A stretch of DNA of 32,000 nt from Candidatus Methylopumilus planktonicus (GCF_000981505.1 NZ_LN827929.1:553151-585150); one strand, 5' to 3'. Shown: positions 1-9,529, counted from the first letter of the stretch. Notes: generated from the letters alone by a model not told the origin. Made by a program: numbers and translations.

Positions 1-608
1 TTTTAGTGCCTGGTGGTTTTGGTAAGCGAGGTACTGAAGGTAAAATTAAAGCCATTCAATTTGCACGAGAAAATAAGATTCCATATTTAGGTATTTGTTT
101 GGGTATGCAACTTGCTGTGATTGAATTTGCAAGACATAAAGCTATGCTGAAAAATGCAAACAGTTCCGAATTTGATCAGGATGCCGAACATCAAGTTATT
201 GGATTAATTACGGAATGGAAGTCATCTGAAGGTGCGATTGAGAAAAGAGATGATTCATCAGACTTAGGTGGCACAATGAGATTAGGCGCACAGAAGTGTC
301 CAATTGAATCTGGTACTCTAGCGCATAAAATTTATGGGTCTGAAGTGAACGAACGACATCGCCATCGTTATGAAGTAAATAATCATTATGTAGATCAATT
401 GATCAAAGCAGGGCTGACAATTTCTGCAAGAACGCCTTTTGAGCAGCTCTGTGAAATTATAGAGTTACCAGAAGATCAGCATCCTTGGTTTATTGGCTGT
501 CAGTTCCATCCAGAGTTTACTTCCAACCCAAGAACAGGCCATCCATTATTCAAAGCTTACATTCAAGCCGCGCTTAAATATAAACAGTCTAAAGGAAGTG
601 CATCATGA
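1..608 (+). CDS. pyrG: CTP synthase, C-terminal glutamine amidotransferase domain (5' end lies outside the window)
   Basis: The reading frame is open to the window edge (codon 3-5 = Leu precedes the listed GTG). The translation [39 protein letters not shown] carries the class-I amidotransferase Cys and His-Pro-Glu motifs of CTP synthase. It is followed by kdsA-eno-ftsB, a conserved arrangement. Confidence 0.92.
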   Translation, partial: LVPGGFGKRGTEGKIKAIQFARENKIPYLGICLGMQLAVIEFARHKAMLKNANSSEFDQDAEHQVIGLITEWKSSEGAIEKRDDSSDLGGTMRLGAQKCPIESGTLAHKIYGSEVNERHRHRYEVNNHYVDQLIKAGLTISARTPFEQLCEIIELPEDQHPWFIGCQFHPEFTSNPRTGHPLFKAYIQAALKYKQSKGSAS

Positions 609-1441
609 AATTATGCAACTTTGACGTAGGATTAAATCACCCATTATTTTTAATTGCCGGACCATGTGTCATCGAATCTGAAGGGATGACTTTAGATGTG
701 GCAGGCCAATTAAAAGAAATTACTGCAGCACTTAATATCTCATTTATTTTTAAATCCTCGTTTGATAAGGCTAATCGAAGCTCAAATAAAACTTTTAGAG
801 GTTTTGGTATTGATGAAGGTTTAAGAATTTTATCTGAAGTGAAAAAACAAATTGGTGTACCAGTTTTAACGGATGTGCATGATCAATTTCAGGTTGAGCA
901 AGTTGCAAGTGTTGTAGACGTTCTCCAAACACCCGCCTTTTTATGCCGACAAACAGATTTTATTAATGCTGTTGCAACTTCAGGTAAGGCTGTAAATATC
1001 AAGAAAGGCCAATTCTTAGCGCCCGGTGATATGAGGCAAGTAGTCACAAAAGCCAAAGAAGCTAATGGCGGCCTAGATAATATTATGGTTTGTGAGCGAG
1101 GCGCATCTTTTGGTTACAACGCGCTTGTCTCTGATATGAGAAGTTTATCTATTATGCGAGAAACAAATTGCCCAGTCGTTTTTGATGCAACGCATTCAGT
1201 GCAGCAACCTGGAGGGCAGGGGGATAAAAGCGGTGGTCAAAGTGAATTTGTCCCTGTCTTGGCAAGAGCTGCTGTAGCAAGCGGTATTGCAGGAATTTTT
1301 ATGGAAACACACCCGAATCCAAAAGAAGCGTTATCTGATGGTCCTAATGCGTGGCCACTTAAAAAAATGAAAGCGCTGCTTGAAGTATTAGCTGAGATTG
1401 ATAGATCAGTTAAAAAAGCAGGCTTCATTGAAATGTCTTAA
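605..1441 (+). CDS. kdsA: 2-dehydro-3-deoxyphosphooctonate aldolase (KDO-8-phosphate synthase)
   Basis: 278 aa, and its start overlaps the pyrG stop in ATGA. Family hallmarks are present ([32 protein letters not shown]). Size is close to E. coli KdsA. Confidence 0.9.
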   Translation: MKLCNFDVGLNHPLFLIAGPCVIESEGMTLDVAGQLKEITAALNISFIFKSSFDKANRSSNKTFRGFGIDEGLRILSEVKKQIGVPVLTDVHDQFQVEQVASVVDVLQTPAFLCRQTDFINAVATSGKAVNIKKGQFLAPGDMRQVVTKAKEANGGLDNIMVCERGASFGYNALVSDMRSLSIMRETNCPVVFDATHSVQQPGGQGDKSGGQSEFVPVLARAAVASGIAGIFMETHPNPKEALSDGPNAWPLKKMKALLEVLAEIDRSVKKAGFIEMS

Positions 1442-1445
1442 ATAA

Positions 1446-2756
<1,311 letters not shown>

Positions 2757-2762
2757 TTTTAT

Positions 2763-3086
2763 ATGAAATCTTTAACTATCATTTTTGTGGTGCTAGTTGC
2801 TTTAATGCAGTACCCGTTATGGTTCGGAAAAGGAAGTTGGTTTCGTGTATGGAGTTTAAATCAGCAAATTGAAATTCAAAAGAAAACAAATAATGATAAT
2901 CAGATAAGAAATAATGTACTTAATGCAGAAGTATCTGATCTTAAGCAAGGTTTTTCAGCTATTGAAGAAAGAGCGCGCAATGAACTTGGCATGACCAAGC
3001 AAGACGAAATATTTTTCCAAGTTACAAATCCAGAAAAAGATAAAAAAGAGACTGAAGTTCTGAATAATACAAAAGCTAAGAACTAA
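2763..3086 (+). CDS. ftsB: Cell division protein FtsB (septum formation initiator)
   Basis: 107 aa with an N-terminal TM helix followed by QYPLWFGKGS, a coiled coil and EERARNELGM. It is closely parallel to E. coli FtsB (LQYSLWFGKNG..EERARNELSM). The position after eno is conserved. Confidence 0.88.
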   Translation: MKSLTIIFVVLVALMQYPLWFGKGSWFRVWSLNQQIEIQKKTNNDNQIRNNVLNAEVSDLKQGFSAIEERARNELGMTKQDEIFFQVTNPEKDKKETEVLNNTKAKN

Positions 3087-4003
3087 TCAAAGATTTTTCT
3101 CTCTTCAGGGTTTATTTCAATTAAATAATTTTTAATATAGAGCGCTTCATGCGCTTGATCTACTCTTAGTTCAATCAGCATATTTGTTTTGCTATTATTT
3201 TCCACAGCCGATCGTACAAGTTGACCTATGATTTCTTTTTTTTCATTTAAGATTTGGTCGCCAGGCGTCAGAACATCTTGTGATTCAATAAAACCTCGGT
3301 ACATTCGTCTTTTAACTTTACCTAAGTAGTGCGTTCGCGCAACAATTTCTTGCCCTGTATAGCAACCCTTTTTAAAATTAACACCATCAATAAGGTCCAT
3401 ATTTAATGACTGTGGAATGAACGCTTCCTGTGTACTTGGATAAATATCAGGAATCCCATCTAAAATATTTAAATTATTCCAGGACTCAATACTCATAGAA
3501 GTATATTCAGGTAAGTTGAGTTGCATAAATGACTTTACTTTGGAAGCTTCACCCATTAACTGAAAGCGTTCAGTATTTTTTCCTACACGCATAATCATCA
3601 CGTCATGTGACCGAACAATATCTAAATAGCTTTTTGGTGGCCGAATACCTTGATCTAGAAGAGCTTTGTACCCCATAAAACCTATGCATGTAAATTGATC
3701 GCCTAGTAAACTCATAGAAACTTTAGAGCGAAGCACATACATTTTAAGGCGCTTAAGAAAAGACTCCTCAACTGAGCTATCTATTTGTATGTGAATTGAT
3801 GCTTGATCCATATAACACAACATAAAAGCTAGGACTCTTCCTTTAGGATTGCAGAAGCCAGAAAACAAAGCATGATCAAGTGTAATGAGGTTCATGTCTT
3901 GGGTGAGTTGGCCTTGTAAGAATTGAACGCGATCATCACCCTCAACTTTGATCGTTGAATGTGTATTAAGATGAATGAATTTACTTTCTACGTTTAATGA
4001 CAT
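3083..4003 (-). CDS. ygfZ: Folate-binding protein YgfZ (GcvT-like, Fe-S cluster maintenance / tRNA modification)
   Basis: 306 aa containing the YgfZ signature KGCYTGQE (FKKGCYTGQEIVARTHY) and a GcvT-like N-terminal region (IKVEGDDRVQFLQGQLTQD). Confidence 0.82.
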   Translation of the reverse strand: MSLNVESKFIHLNTHSTIKVEGDDRVQFLQGQLTQDMNLITLDHALFSGFCNPKGRVLAFMLCYMDQASIHIQIDSSVEESFLKRLKMYVLRSKVSMSLLGDQFTCIGFMGYKALLDQGIRPPKSYLDIVRSHDVMIMRVGKNTERFQLMGEASKVKSFMQLNLPEYTSMSIESWNNLNILDGIPDIYPSTQEAFIPQSLNMDLIDGVNFKKGCYTGQEIVARTHYLGKVKRRMYRGFIESQDVLTPGDQILNEKKEIIGQLVRSAVENNSKTNMLIELRVDQAHEALYIKNYLIEINPEERKIFD

Positions 4004-4967
4004 ATTGCTTTATGTGTTTTATCGAAATAAATCGAAGGCTAAAAATGATTCCTGCGAGAGAAGCAAAAAACCATTTGAGATGAAAATCTGCTGTATCTTG
4101 CCATGCTGGTTTTTGTTTTTTCATAGCACTTAAAATATTAAGTACAGAATCGCCTCTTACATAGATGCCATCAATTTGTTTAGTAATATCTTTTAAGTAG
4201 GCTTCATCAAGTTTAGATATATAGCGATCACTTTCACCACCCGCTACAAGATTATCTCGTGTACCAAGATTAGCTTCAGAGATCTGTGCAATGCCTGGTT
4301 GCAATCCAAAGCTATCACTAGACCAATATCCTATTAATTGATTCTTACCGTCGAGTTTTGGGATAGGAGCGCCTTTAAGGCTGCCGACACCTACAATAAT
4401 CCAGTCATTACCTCCTTGGAATTGGCCCAGATCTCTTGTATTAAATGTATGAAGTTTAGGTGCTTCTTCGCCATCAGTAAAATAAACCACTTGAGAGTTT
4501 TCAGGGAAACTTCTAATGAGGCGGGCTAGATTGAAAAAAGATTCTCTTATACGAGAATTGCCAGACCAGCCTGACCGCCAATCTAGATGATCGATGGTAT
4601 CTTCAATGGCATCAAAATTTTCACAGATTATACCCCAATTTTCAATTGGGGTATAAGATGCTGAAACACTGACACCGACAAAAATTCCAATACTTACCTT
4701 CGTACCACAGGGGAGTTCAGACATAATTTCGTGAAGACTATGCTTCATGTGCTCTAGTCTTGTTAAGGGTTTATTCATGACGGACATATCTATTGTGTTC
4801 ATACTTTGAGAGATGTCAGCCACAAATACATAGTTATAAATATTATGTTTAAGCGGTATCGATGGATTGATAATAGCTAGCACTATTAATACGATCGACA
4901 ATATAAGTGAGAGGGTGTCCAAATCGAAATTGGATCTCGATTGTATTGTCTTCAGCCACTCTTTCAT
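3981..4967 (-). CDS. mxaL: vWA-domain membrane protein, MxaL-like (BatB-like); sixth gene of the MoxR/vWA operon
   Basis: 328 aa with N- and C-terminal TM helices flanking a vWA domain that has the MIDAS motif DxSxS (VFVADISQSMN). The symbol rests on position and size within an mxaRSACKL-ordered cluster, not on a database hit. Confidence 0.55.
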   Translation of the reverse strand: MKEWLKTIQSRSNFDLDTLSLILSIVLIVLAIINPSIPLKHNIYNYVFVADISQSMNTIDMSVMNKPLTRLEHMKHSLHEIMSELPCGTKVSIGIFVGVSVSASYTPIENWGIICENFDAIEDTIDHLDWRSGWSGNSRIRESFFNLARLIRSFPENSQVVYFTDGEEAPKLHTFNTRDLGQFQGGNDWIIVGVGSLKGAPIPKLDGKNQLIGYWSSDSFGLQPGIAQISEANLGTRDNLVAGGESDRYISKLDEAYLKDITKQIDGIYVRGDSVLNILSAMKKQKPAWQDTADFHLKWFFASLAGIIFSLRFISIKHIKQYVIKRRK

Positions 4968-4971
4968 AATT

Positions 4972-5526
4972 CTAAGGCAAGCCTACAGGAATATTACCCA
5001 AAATAAGTCCAGGTGATTCGGAGTCGCCAACCCCTGGGGCTGGATTAGCAGGAAGTATCATCAGGACGCGATCGAGATTATGTTTCACATCCCACGCTTG
5101 GTTATCGATTTTAATAGAGAGCATATAAGCGGCTTTTGCTTGTCTAAATAAATATTCAGTTTCATTTTTTACAGTCATATCTGTGCCATTAATAGCTAAT
5201 GCGCGCTTAAAGAAAATGTTACCAGTATTGTAGTGAATCGCTGCTTTTTGTGATGGTGAAGCAACAGGCAAAAGATTTGAAAAAAGAAGGCTTGCTTCTT
5301 TATATCTTTCTTTGGTTGTGAGCCAGTACGCAGTTGCATATCGCGCTTCAAAACTATTTAGAAACATGCGAGGCGATTTGCCTTCCTTAATATTTTGATT
5401 AAACACTTGAATATTTTTTAATTCGATAAATTGCTTAATAAATATACCGAGAGAAGCTATGAGGAGTATGACAAAAAGCCATGTTAGTTTTTTGGTGCTA
5501 AAAATATTTTTTGTTATTAAAGCCAT
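4972..5526 (-). CDS. mxaK: Small single-pass membrane protein with TPR-like helical repeats, MxaK-like (BatC-like)
   Basis: 184 aa with an N-terminal TM (LTWLFVILLIASLGIFI) followed by a helical repeat region (YATAYWLTTKERYKEASLLF..YNTGNIFFKRA). It sits between the two vWA genes as mxaK does. The assignment is synteny-based. Confidence 0.45.
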   Translation of the reverse strand: MALITKNIFSTKKLTWLFVILLIASLGIFIKQFIELKNIQVFNQNIKEGKSPRMFLNSFEARYATAYWLTTKERYKEASLLFSNLLPVASPSQKAAIHYNTGNIFFKRALAINGTDMTVKNETEYLFRQAKAAYMLSIKIDNQAWDVKHNLDRVLMILPANPAPGVGDSESPGLILGNIPVGLP

Positions 5527-6494
5527 GACTTGACCTCTATCAATTTAAGTGTCAGCAAAACAATCATCAAAAGAGCTGCCGTTACAAAGCAATGCGTTGA
5601 ATAATCCTGACCAGGAATTTTTTCGAAATATTTAATTGGTTTCTTTTCCTTTTGATTAATATCTTCAATCGCTTTTTGGAGTGTTTTCGGGTCTTCAGCT
5701 TCGTAAGCCTGGAAGGAAGAAGGAAGTGTCTTAAAGAATTCATTTAATTCGATTTGAGGGGGCAAAGGATCATCATCTCTTGGTTTGTATGATGTATTAA
5801 AAATACTGATACCACCAGGCTGCCTTAATACGATCCAATAAAGACTAATTTTAAATCGGCCAAACCAATCTTTAATTTTTTCCTGCGTAGCAGCGTCAAT
5901 ACGACCCCCACCATCTGAAAGTAAGATCACAGCCCTTGAGCCTGAATCAGGTACTTTATTAAATAATTCTGCACCTGTGGTAAGTCCACTACCTATATTA
6001 GTTTGAAATAATGCATTACCAGCTGTGGCTCTGACCGCAGAAATAATCGCATTTTTATTATCAGTCAATGGTAAAACATACATCGCAGAGTTACTAAAAG
6101 TCACCATCCCAATCATATCATTTGCCCTAGATTGAACGAATTCAATAATAAGTCTTGCAGCAGCAGCAGATTTAATTTCCCCTACTTTTGTTTGATCATT
6201 CCCAGCAAAAGGGTCGTCCATACTCGCACTTCGATCTAGCACAAGACCAATTTGAGCACCTATGCCTATTTTTTCAATTTCTTTTTGACGTGAATGCGGA
6301 CCGCTTAATCCTATAATAATCATGATTAAAATAAGCGTGGCGATAAATTTTAAAATAATTGCAATGATGCTTGAGAGACGATCTTTTGGAATCATTTCGT
6401 TCCATGAATAATATTGAAGAGAAGCCTCTTTAAAAATAAGTGGAATAAATGCTAAAGGCATAAACCATAAGACCCATGGAAATGAAAATGTCAT
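5517..6494 (-). CDS. mxaC: vWA-domain membrane protein, MxaC-like (BatA-like)
   Basis: 325 aa with two N-terminal TM helices, a vWA domain with MIDAS DRSASMDD, and a C-terminal TM. Its start overlaps the upstream stop in ATGA. Confidence 0.6.
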   Translation of the reverse strand: MTFSFPWVLWFMPLAFIPLIFKEASLQYYSWNEMIPKDRLSSIIAIILKFIATLILIMIIIGLSGPHSRQKEIEKIGIGAQIGLVLDRSASMDDPFAGNDQTKVGEIKSAAAARLIIEFVQSRANDMIGMVTFSNSAMYVLPLTDNKNAIISAVRATAGNALFQTNIGSGLTTGAELFNKVPDSGSRAVILLSDGGGRIDAATQEKIKDWFGRFKISLYWIVLRQPGGISIFNTSYKPRDDDPLPPQIELNEFFKTLPSSFQAYEAEDPKTLQKAIEDINQKEKKPIKYFEKIPGQDYSTHCFVTAALLMIVLLTLKLIEVKSWL

Positions 6495-7483
6495 TTAGCA
6501 ACTCCTACCACGAGAGCACTTTTGTCAACGATAAGTTTTCTTTCACAATCTCGACAATGTCTCGAGAAATTTTTAAGCCATTTAAGTATTTCTTCTTGAT
6601 CATATTTTTTAGATGAGGCGCTAAAAAATACGAGTGTTGAAAGTTTAAAGAACTCGCGAAGTTCTGAGTCAATATTTTCAAATGAAGCATTTTTTATATA
6701 CAGATGAGGAAGATTGTCTTTAAAAAGTGTTTTTCCTGTCACAAGATCGAAAGCATGATGCATATCAGTTATGGCTTTTTGAACAGAAGCAGGCGTAGCT
6801 TTCAGCTTTCCAATCGTACGATGCGTTCTTGCAAATACACCTCTCTTATTAGGTAGCCAAGCATATTGACTATAAATATAAATAAGGCCGATAAATGCGA
6901 GAAGTGCGATGATGCCAGAAATTTTTAGAGTTTTAATGGAGGCTTCTTCATCCATTAATAAAACGCCTCTTAATGGGCTCATATCTTCTTCAATTTTAAC
7001 GTTGCCGAAAATAGAAAGAGGAGAGATTGCGATTCGTCGCTCTGGGATTCTATATTTAAATACTTGTTTTTCAGGGTTATTAGGGTTTAACAGTCGAATA
7101 TATTCAGAAGGTAAAAATCCTGGTTTAACGACAACCTTATTTGTAAAAATTTGGTAGGTGAGATCAAGTGTTAGCGTAGTTGATGTTTTACTTTCTTTTA
7201 TTACATGTTTCATGGTGTCTAAAACAATACCCAAATCTTGACCTTGGTATTTTCTTTCGTAGCCCGGAATAGGAAGAGATTCTTTGATAAGAACATAAGG
7301 CTTTTTAATCGTGATTTCGATATATCTTGAAGGTTTGTCACCTATGGTATAACCCACTTGCTGGAGAGGCTCTTTTATTTTGATAGAAACGATACCCTCT
7401 TCAATATCAGGCCATTCTTGAGCATCCAGCGCAAAGCTCGAGGTTGAAAGTAAAAGTATCCAGAGAGAAATAAGATATTTCAT
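6491..7483 (-). CDS. mxaA: Secreted/bitopic protein, MxaA-like (signal peptide, about 170-aa periplasmic domain, one TM, about 120-aa cytoplasmic tail with CxxC)
   Basis: I prefer the ATG at 7483 (MKYLISLWILLLSTSSFA|LDAQE, a canonical signal peptide) over the TTG at 7501 in the ORF track. There is a mid-protein TM (IIALLAFIGLIYIY) followed by a positive-inside KRGVFARTHR. It is the third gene, as mxaA is. I recognised no family motif, so the call is by position and size. Confidence 0.45.
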   Translation of the reverse strand: MKYLISLWILLLSTSSFALDAQEWPDIEEGIVSIKIKEPLQQVGYTIGDKPSRYIEITIKKPYVLIKESLPIPGYERKYQGQDLGIVLDTMKHVIKESKTSTTLTLDLTYQIFTNKVVVKPGFLPSEYIRLLNPNNPEKQVFKYRIPERRIAISPLSIFGNVKIEEDMSPLRGVLLMDEEASIKTLKISGIIALLAFIGLIYIYSQYAWLPNKRGVFARTHRTIGKLKATPASVQKAITDMHHAFDLVTGKTLFKDNLPHLYIKNASFENIDSELREFFKLSTLVFFSASSKKYDQEEILKWLKNFSRHCRDCERKLIVDKSALVVGVAK

Positions 7484-7487
7484 AATC

Positions 7488-8348
7488 TTAGGCGCCCACA
7501 AATTGATTAAAGTACTCAGTCATTTTATTGGCATCGAAATGTTCATCCACAAAAAAAGGTGGAATATCAAAATTCATAAAAGATTTTGTAATAGTTGCTC
7601 GCCTTTTTTCAAATGAATCTATAATTTTTTCTTTCAATTCTTTTCTTAAAAAAAGTGTATCTTTTTTGCCACTCTCAGGATCAGTGATGGTCACAATGCC
7701 AAAATTAGGTAAGTTGATATATTCTTTCTTATCCCATAGCACGATAGGAACGACATGATGCCTCATAAGATTAGATAAGCAATTTTCCAAATCAACTTCT
7801 GGTATATGAAAGTCTGAAATAAAGAAAATAAGCGCACGCTCTCGCGGCATGTATTGATAAAGATCTTTAATTGCTCTGTTTGATTTATTTGTTGATGTAA
7901 ATTTTTTAAGTTCATTGATGAGTGTCATTGCATGCTGTGATCTAAATGAAATAGGCGCCAACCAATCCTCTCTAATTTCATCATCAAAACCTACAACCCC
8001 TAAAGCATCATGACGATCAATCACTGAATGTGCAATGGATTGAGCGACTTCGGCCGCAAGATTAATTTTTTTATTTTTACCACCAAAATTCATACTGGCA
8101 GATAAGTCACACACAATCATGACGGGTGTTGCACTTCGCTGGTTAAATATTTTGACGTGAATCTCACCTAAGGGATCTCGAATCGATTGGCGAATATCAA
8201 TTCTTCTTGGATCTGGATATGAGAGGAGTGTTGCATGACCAGCGAACTCAATACCCATACCTCTTTGGTTACTTTTGTGATGACCAGGATGCTTGCCTTT
8301 AGATTTCCAACCGATGTGGTAATCAAATAGTGGAGTTACTTGTGTCAT
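7488..8348 (-). CDS. mxaS: DUF58 family protein (vWA-like), MxaS-like
   Basis: 286 aa with a DUF58-type layout (GIEFAGHATLLSYPDPRRIDIRQS, then VMIVCDLSASMNFGG). It lies immediately downstream of the MoxR ATPase with a 5-nt gap, the standard MoxR-DUF58 pairing. Confidence 0.7.
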   Translation of the reverse strand: MTQVTPLFDYHIGWKSKGKHPGHHKSNQRGMGIEFAGHATLLSYPDPRRIDIRQSIRDPLGEIHVKIFNQRSATPVMIVCDLSASMNFGGKNKKINLAAEVAQSIAHSVIDRHDALGVVGFDDEIREDWLAPISFRSQHAMTLINELKKFTSTNKSNRAIKDLYQYMPRERALIFFISDFHIPEVDLENCLSNLMRHHVVPIVLWDKKEYINLPNFGIVTITDPESGKKDTLFLRKELKEKIIDSFEKRRATITKSFMNFDIPPFFVDEHFDANKMTEYFNQFVGA

Positions 8349-8353
8349 TTTGT

Positions 8354-9370
8354 TTAGGGTGCTTTAATAACGTTCAAAATACCATTGGTTAAATCCCTAG
8401 CAATTACAGTTCTTCGCATTTCATAAACAGGATTAAATACGAGTCGATGTGCAATGGTTTCGTGGAATACCGCATGAATATCTGTTGGAGTCACAGAACT
8501 CCGTTCATTTAACCAAGCGTTAACTCGAGCTGCTCTCATCATCATCATCATTCCTCTGGGGCTTGATCCCGATATCATTAATCGATTCATATTAAGATCA
8601 GATATCTTAATCCCATAATCAGCAGGACTTTTTGTTGCTTTCCATAGATTAAGTGCATAATTTTTTAGTGCATCTGTTGCAGTAATTGTTTCTTGAATTG
8701 TCTTGGCTATATCTTTCAACTTATCAAATTTAAGTAAATTAGGTTTAACTTCACTTACAAGATTGTCAGCATCATGAAACCTTGTTTCAAAAGTTAAACT
8801 TTTCATCATGTCATCATTTTTAGGGATGAGTATTGGAATCTCCATCATAAATCGATCACGAGCGGCAGAAGGAATTTCAAAAGTTTCCTCACGTTCTACT
8901 TGATTTCTGTCTGCGAACACAATCATGTGCGGAAAGTAATGTTCCTTATTAAATGCTGAGAGTGTTCTTTCAGCCATAATTCTTAAAAGTAATGAATGAA
9001 CTTGCGGCCTTGCTCGGTTAATTTCATTAAAGAAGAAAATAGATAAATCACTACCAGACATTAAGATAGGGCCGGGGGTTACATGTGGCTTTCCATCTTC
9101 ACCAAGATAGGTATGATAAATAAGATCGTTTGGCATGAGATCAATCGTACCTTCAATACGTTGATAACCCCCACCAATGGCGCGAGTGAAAGCTTTAAGT
9201 AATGTTGTTTTTCCAACACCCACGTCACCTTCTAGAAGAACGTGACCACGTGCAAAAATTGATGTGGTAATAAGCCTTACAGGACGCTCTTGTCCTATAA
9301 TGACCTTATTAACTTCTGTTTCAAGTTTGACTGCAAGTTTTCTCCAGTCGGCCAGATTTTGGTCGCTCAT
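8354..9370 (-). CDS. mxaR: MoxR-family AAA+ ATPase (MxaR-like)
   Basis: 338 aa with Walker A GDVGVGKT, a Walker B region FFFNEINRA (N where D is expected), the MoxR-typical PQVHSLLLRIMAERT, and a C-terminal SPRG..RAARVNAW lid region. Confidence 0.85.
   Translation of the reverse strand: MSDQNLADWRKLAVKLETEVNKVIIGQERPVRLITTSIFARGHVLLEGDVGVGKTTLLKAFTRAIGGGYQRIEGTIDLMPNDLIYHTYLGEDGKPHVTPGPILMSGSDLSIFFFNEINRARPQVHSLLLRIMAERTLSAFNKEHYFPHMIVFADRNQVEREETFEIPSAARDRFMMEIPILIPKNDDMMKSLTFETRFHDADNLVSEVKPNLLKFDKLKDIAKTIQETITATDALKNYALNLWKATKSPADYGIKISDLNMNRLMISGSSPRGMMMMMRAARVNAWLNERSSVTPTDIHAVFHETIAHRLVFNPVYEMRRTVIARDLTNGILNVIKAP
8537..8551 (-). repeat. (CAT)5 on the plus strand, equal to (ATG)5 on the coding strand; encodes a Met5 run in the MoxR ATPase
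   Basis: Read directly from the sequence: ctCATCATCATCATCATtcc. The reverse complement translates as G-M-M-M-M-M-R. Confidence 0.95.
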
Positions 9371-9529
9371 GTGGATTCCCTAATATATGAAATTGTTTGT
9401 TGAGTGTTTTACTATGTTTTTCATATTAGCGTAATAATTTGTCAGGGTAAATAGATAAAAACACGATAAAATAAGTGCGTTACAAAGAATATTTTCCATA
9501 ATTTTTATTATCAACTGCTTATAAATTCA
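9371..9529. promoter_or_regulatory. Divergent intergenic region expected to carry the promoters of the mxaR operon (minus) and fabAB (plus)
   Basis: This 159-nt, very AT-rich spacer is the largest non-coding gap in the window and lies between divergently oriented operons. I could not pin down convincing -35/-10 boxes by eye. Confidence 0.4.

Noticed and set aside
7484-7501. The TTG start at 7501 for the MxaA-like gene, as given in the ORF track.
   Set aside because: The ATG at 7483 yields a canonical signal peptide beginning M-K-Y-L and avoids a 14-nt overlap. The TTG option is kept only as an alternative.
3981-9370. Interpreting the MoxR-DUF58-vWA cluster as a novel anti-phage or conflict system (vWA-MoxR-associated type), or as a Bacteroides-type Bat aerotolerance operon.
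   Set aside because: No effector, nuclease, protease, TIR, or caspase-like genes and no mobile-element context are present. The neighbours are core housekeeping genes. The six-gene order and sizes match mxaRSACKL better than moxR-DUF58-DUF4381-batA-batB(TPR fusion)-batD. The Bat-like alternative is kept as the refutation case in the finding.
9387-9434. A 15-codon hydrophobic mini-ORF (MKLFVECFTMFFILA) in the mxaR/fabA spacer. A similar 11-codon ORF (MEDLSLLNLLD) lies at 22345-22380 in the gnd/pgl spacer.
   Set aside because: Neither has a Shine-Dalgarno sequence, I cannot assess conservation, and ORFs of this length are expected by chance in AT-rich spacers.
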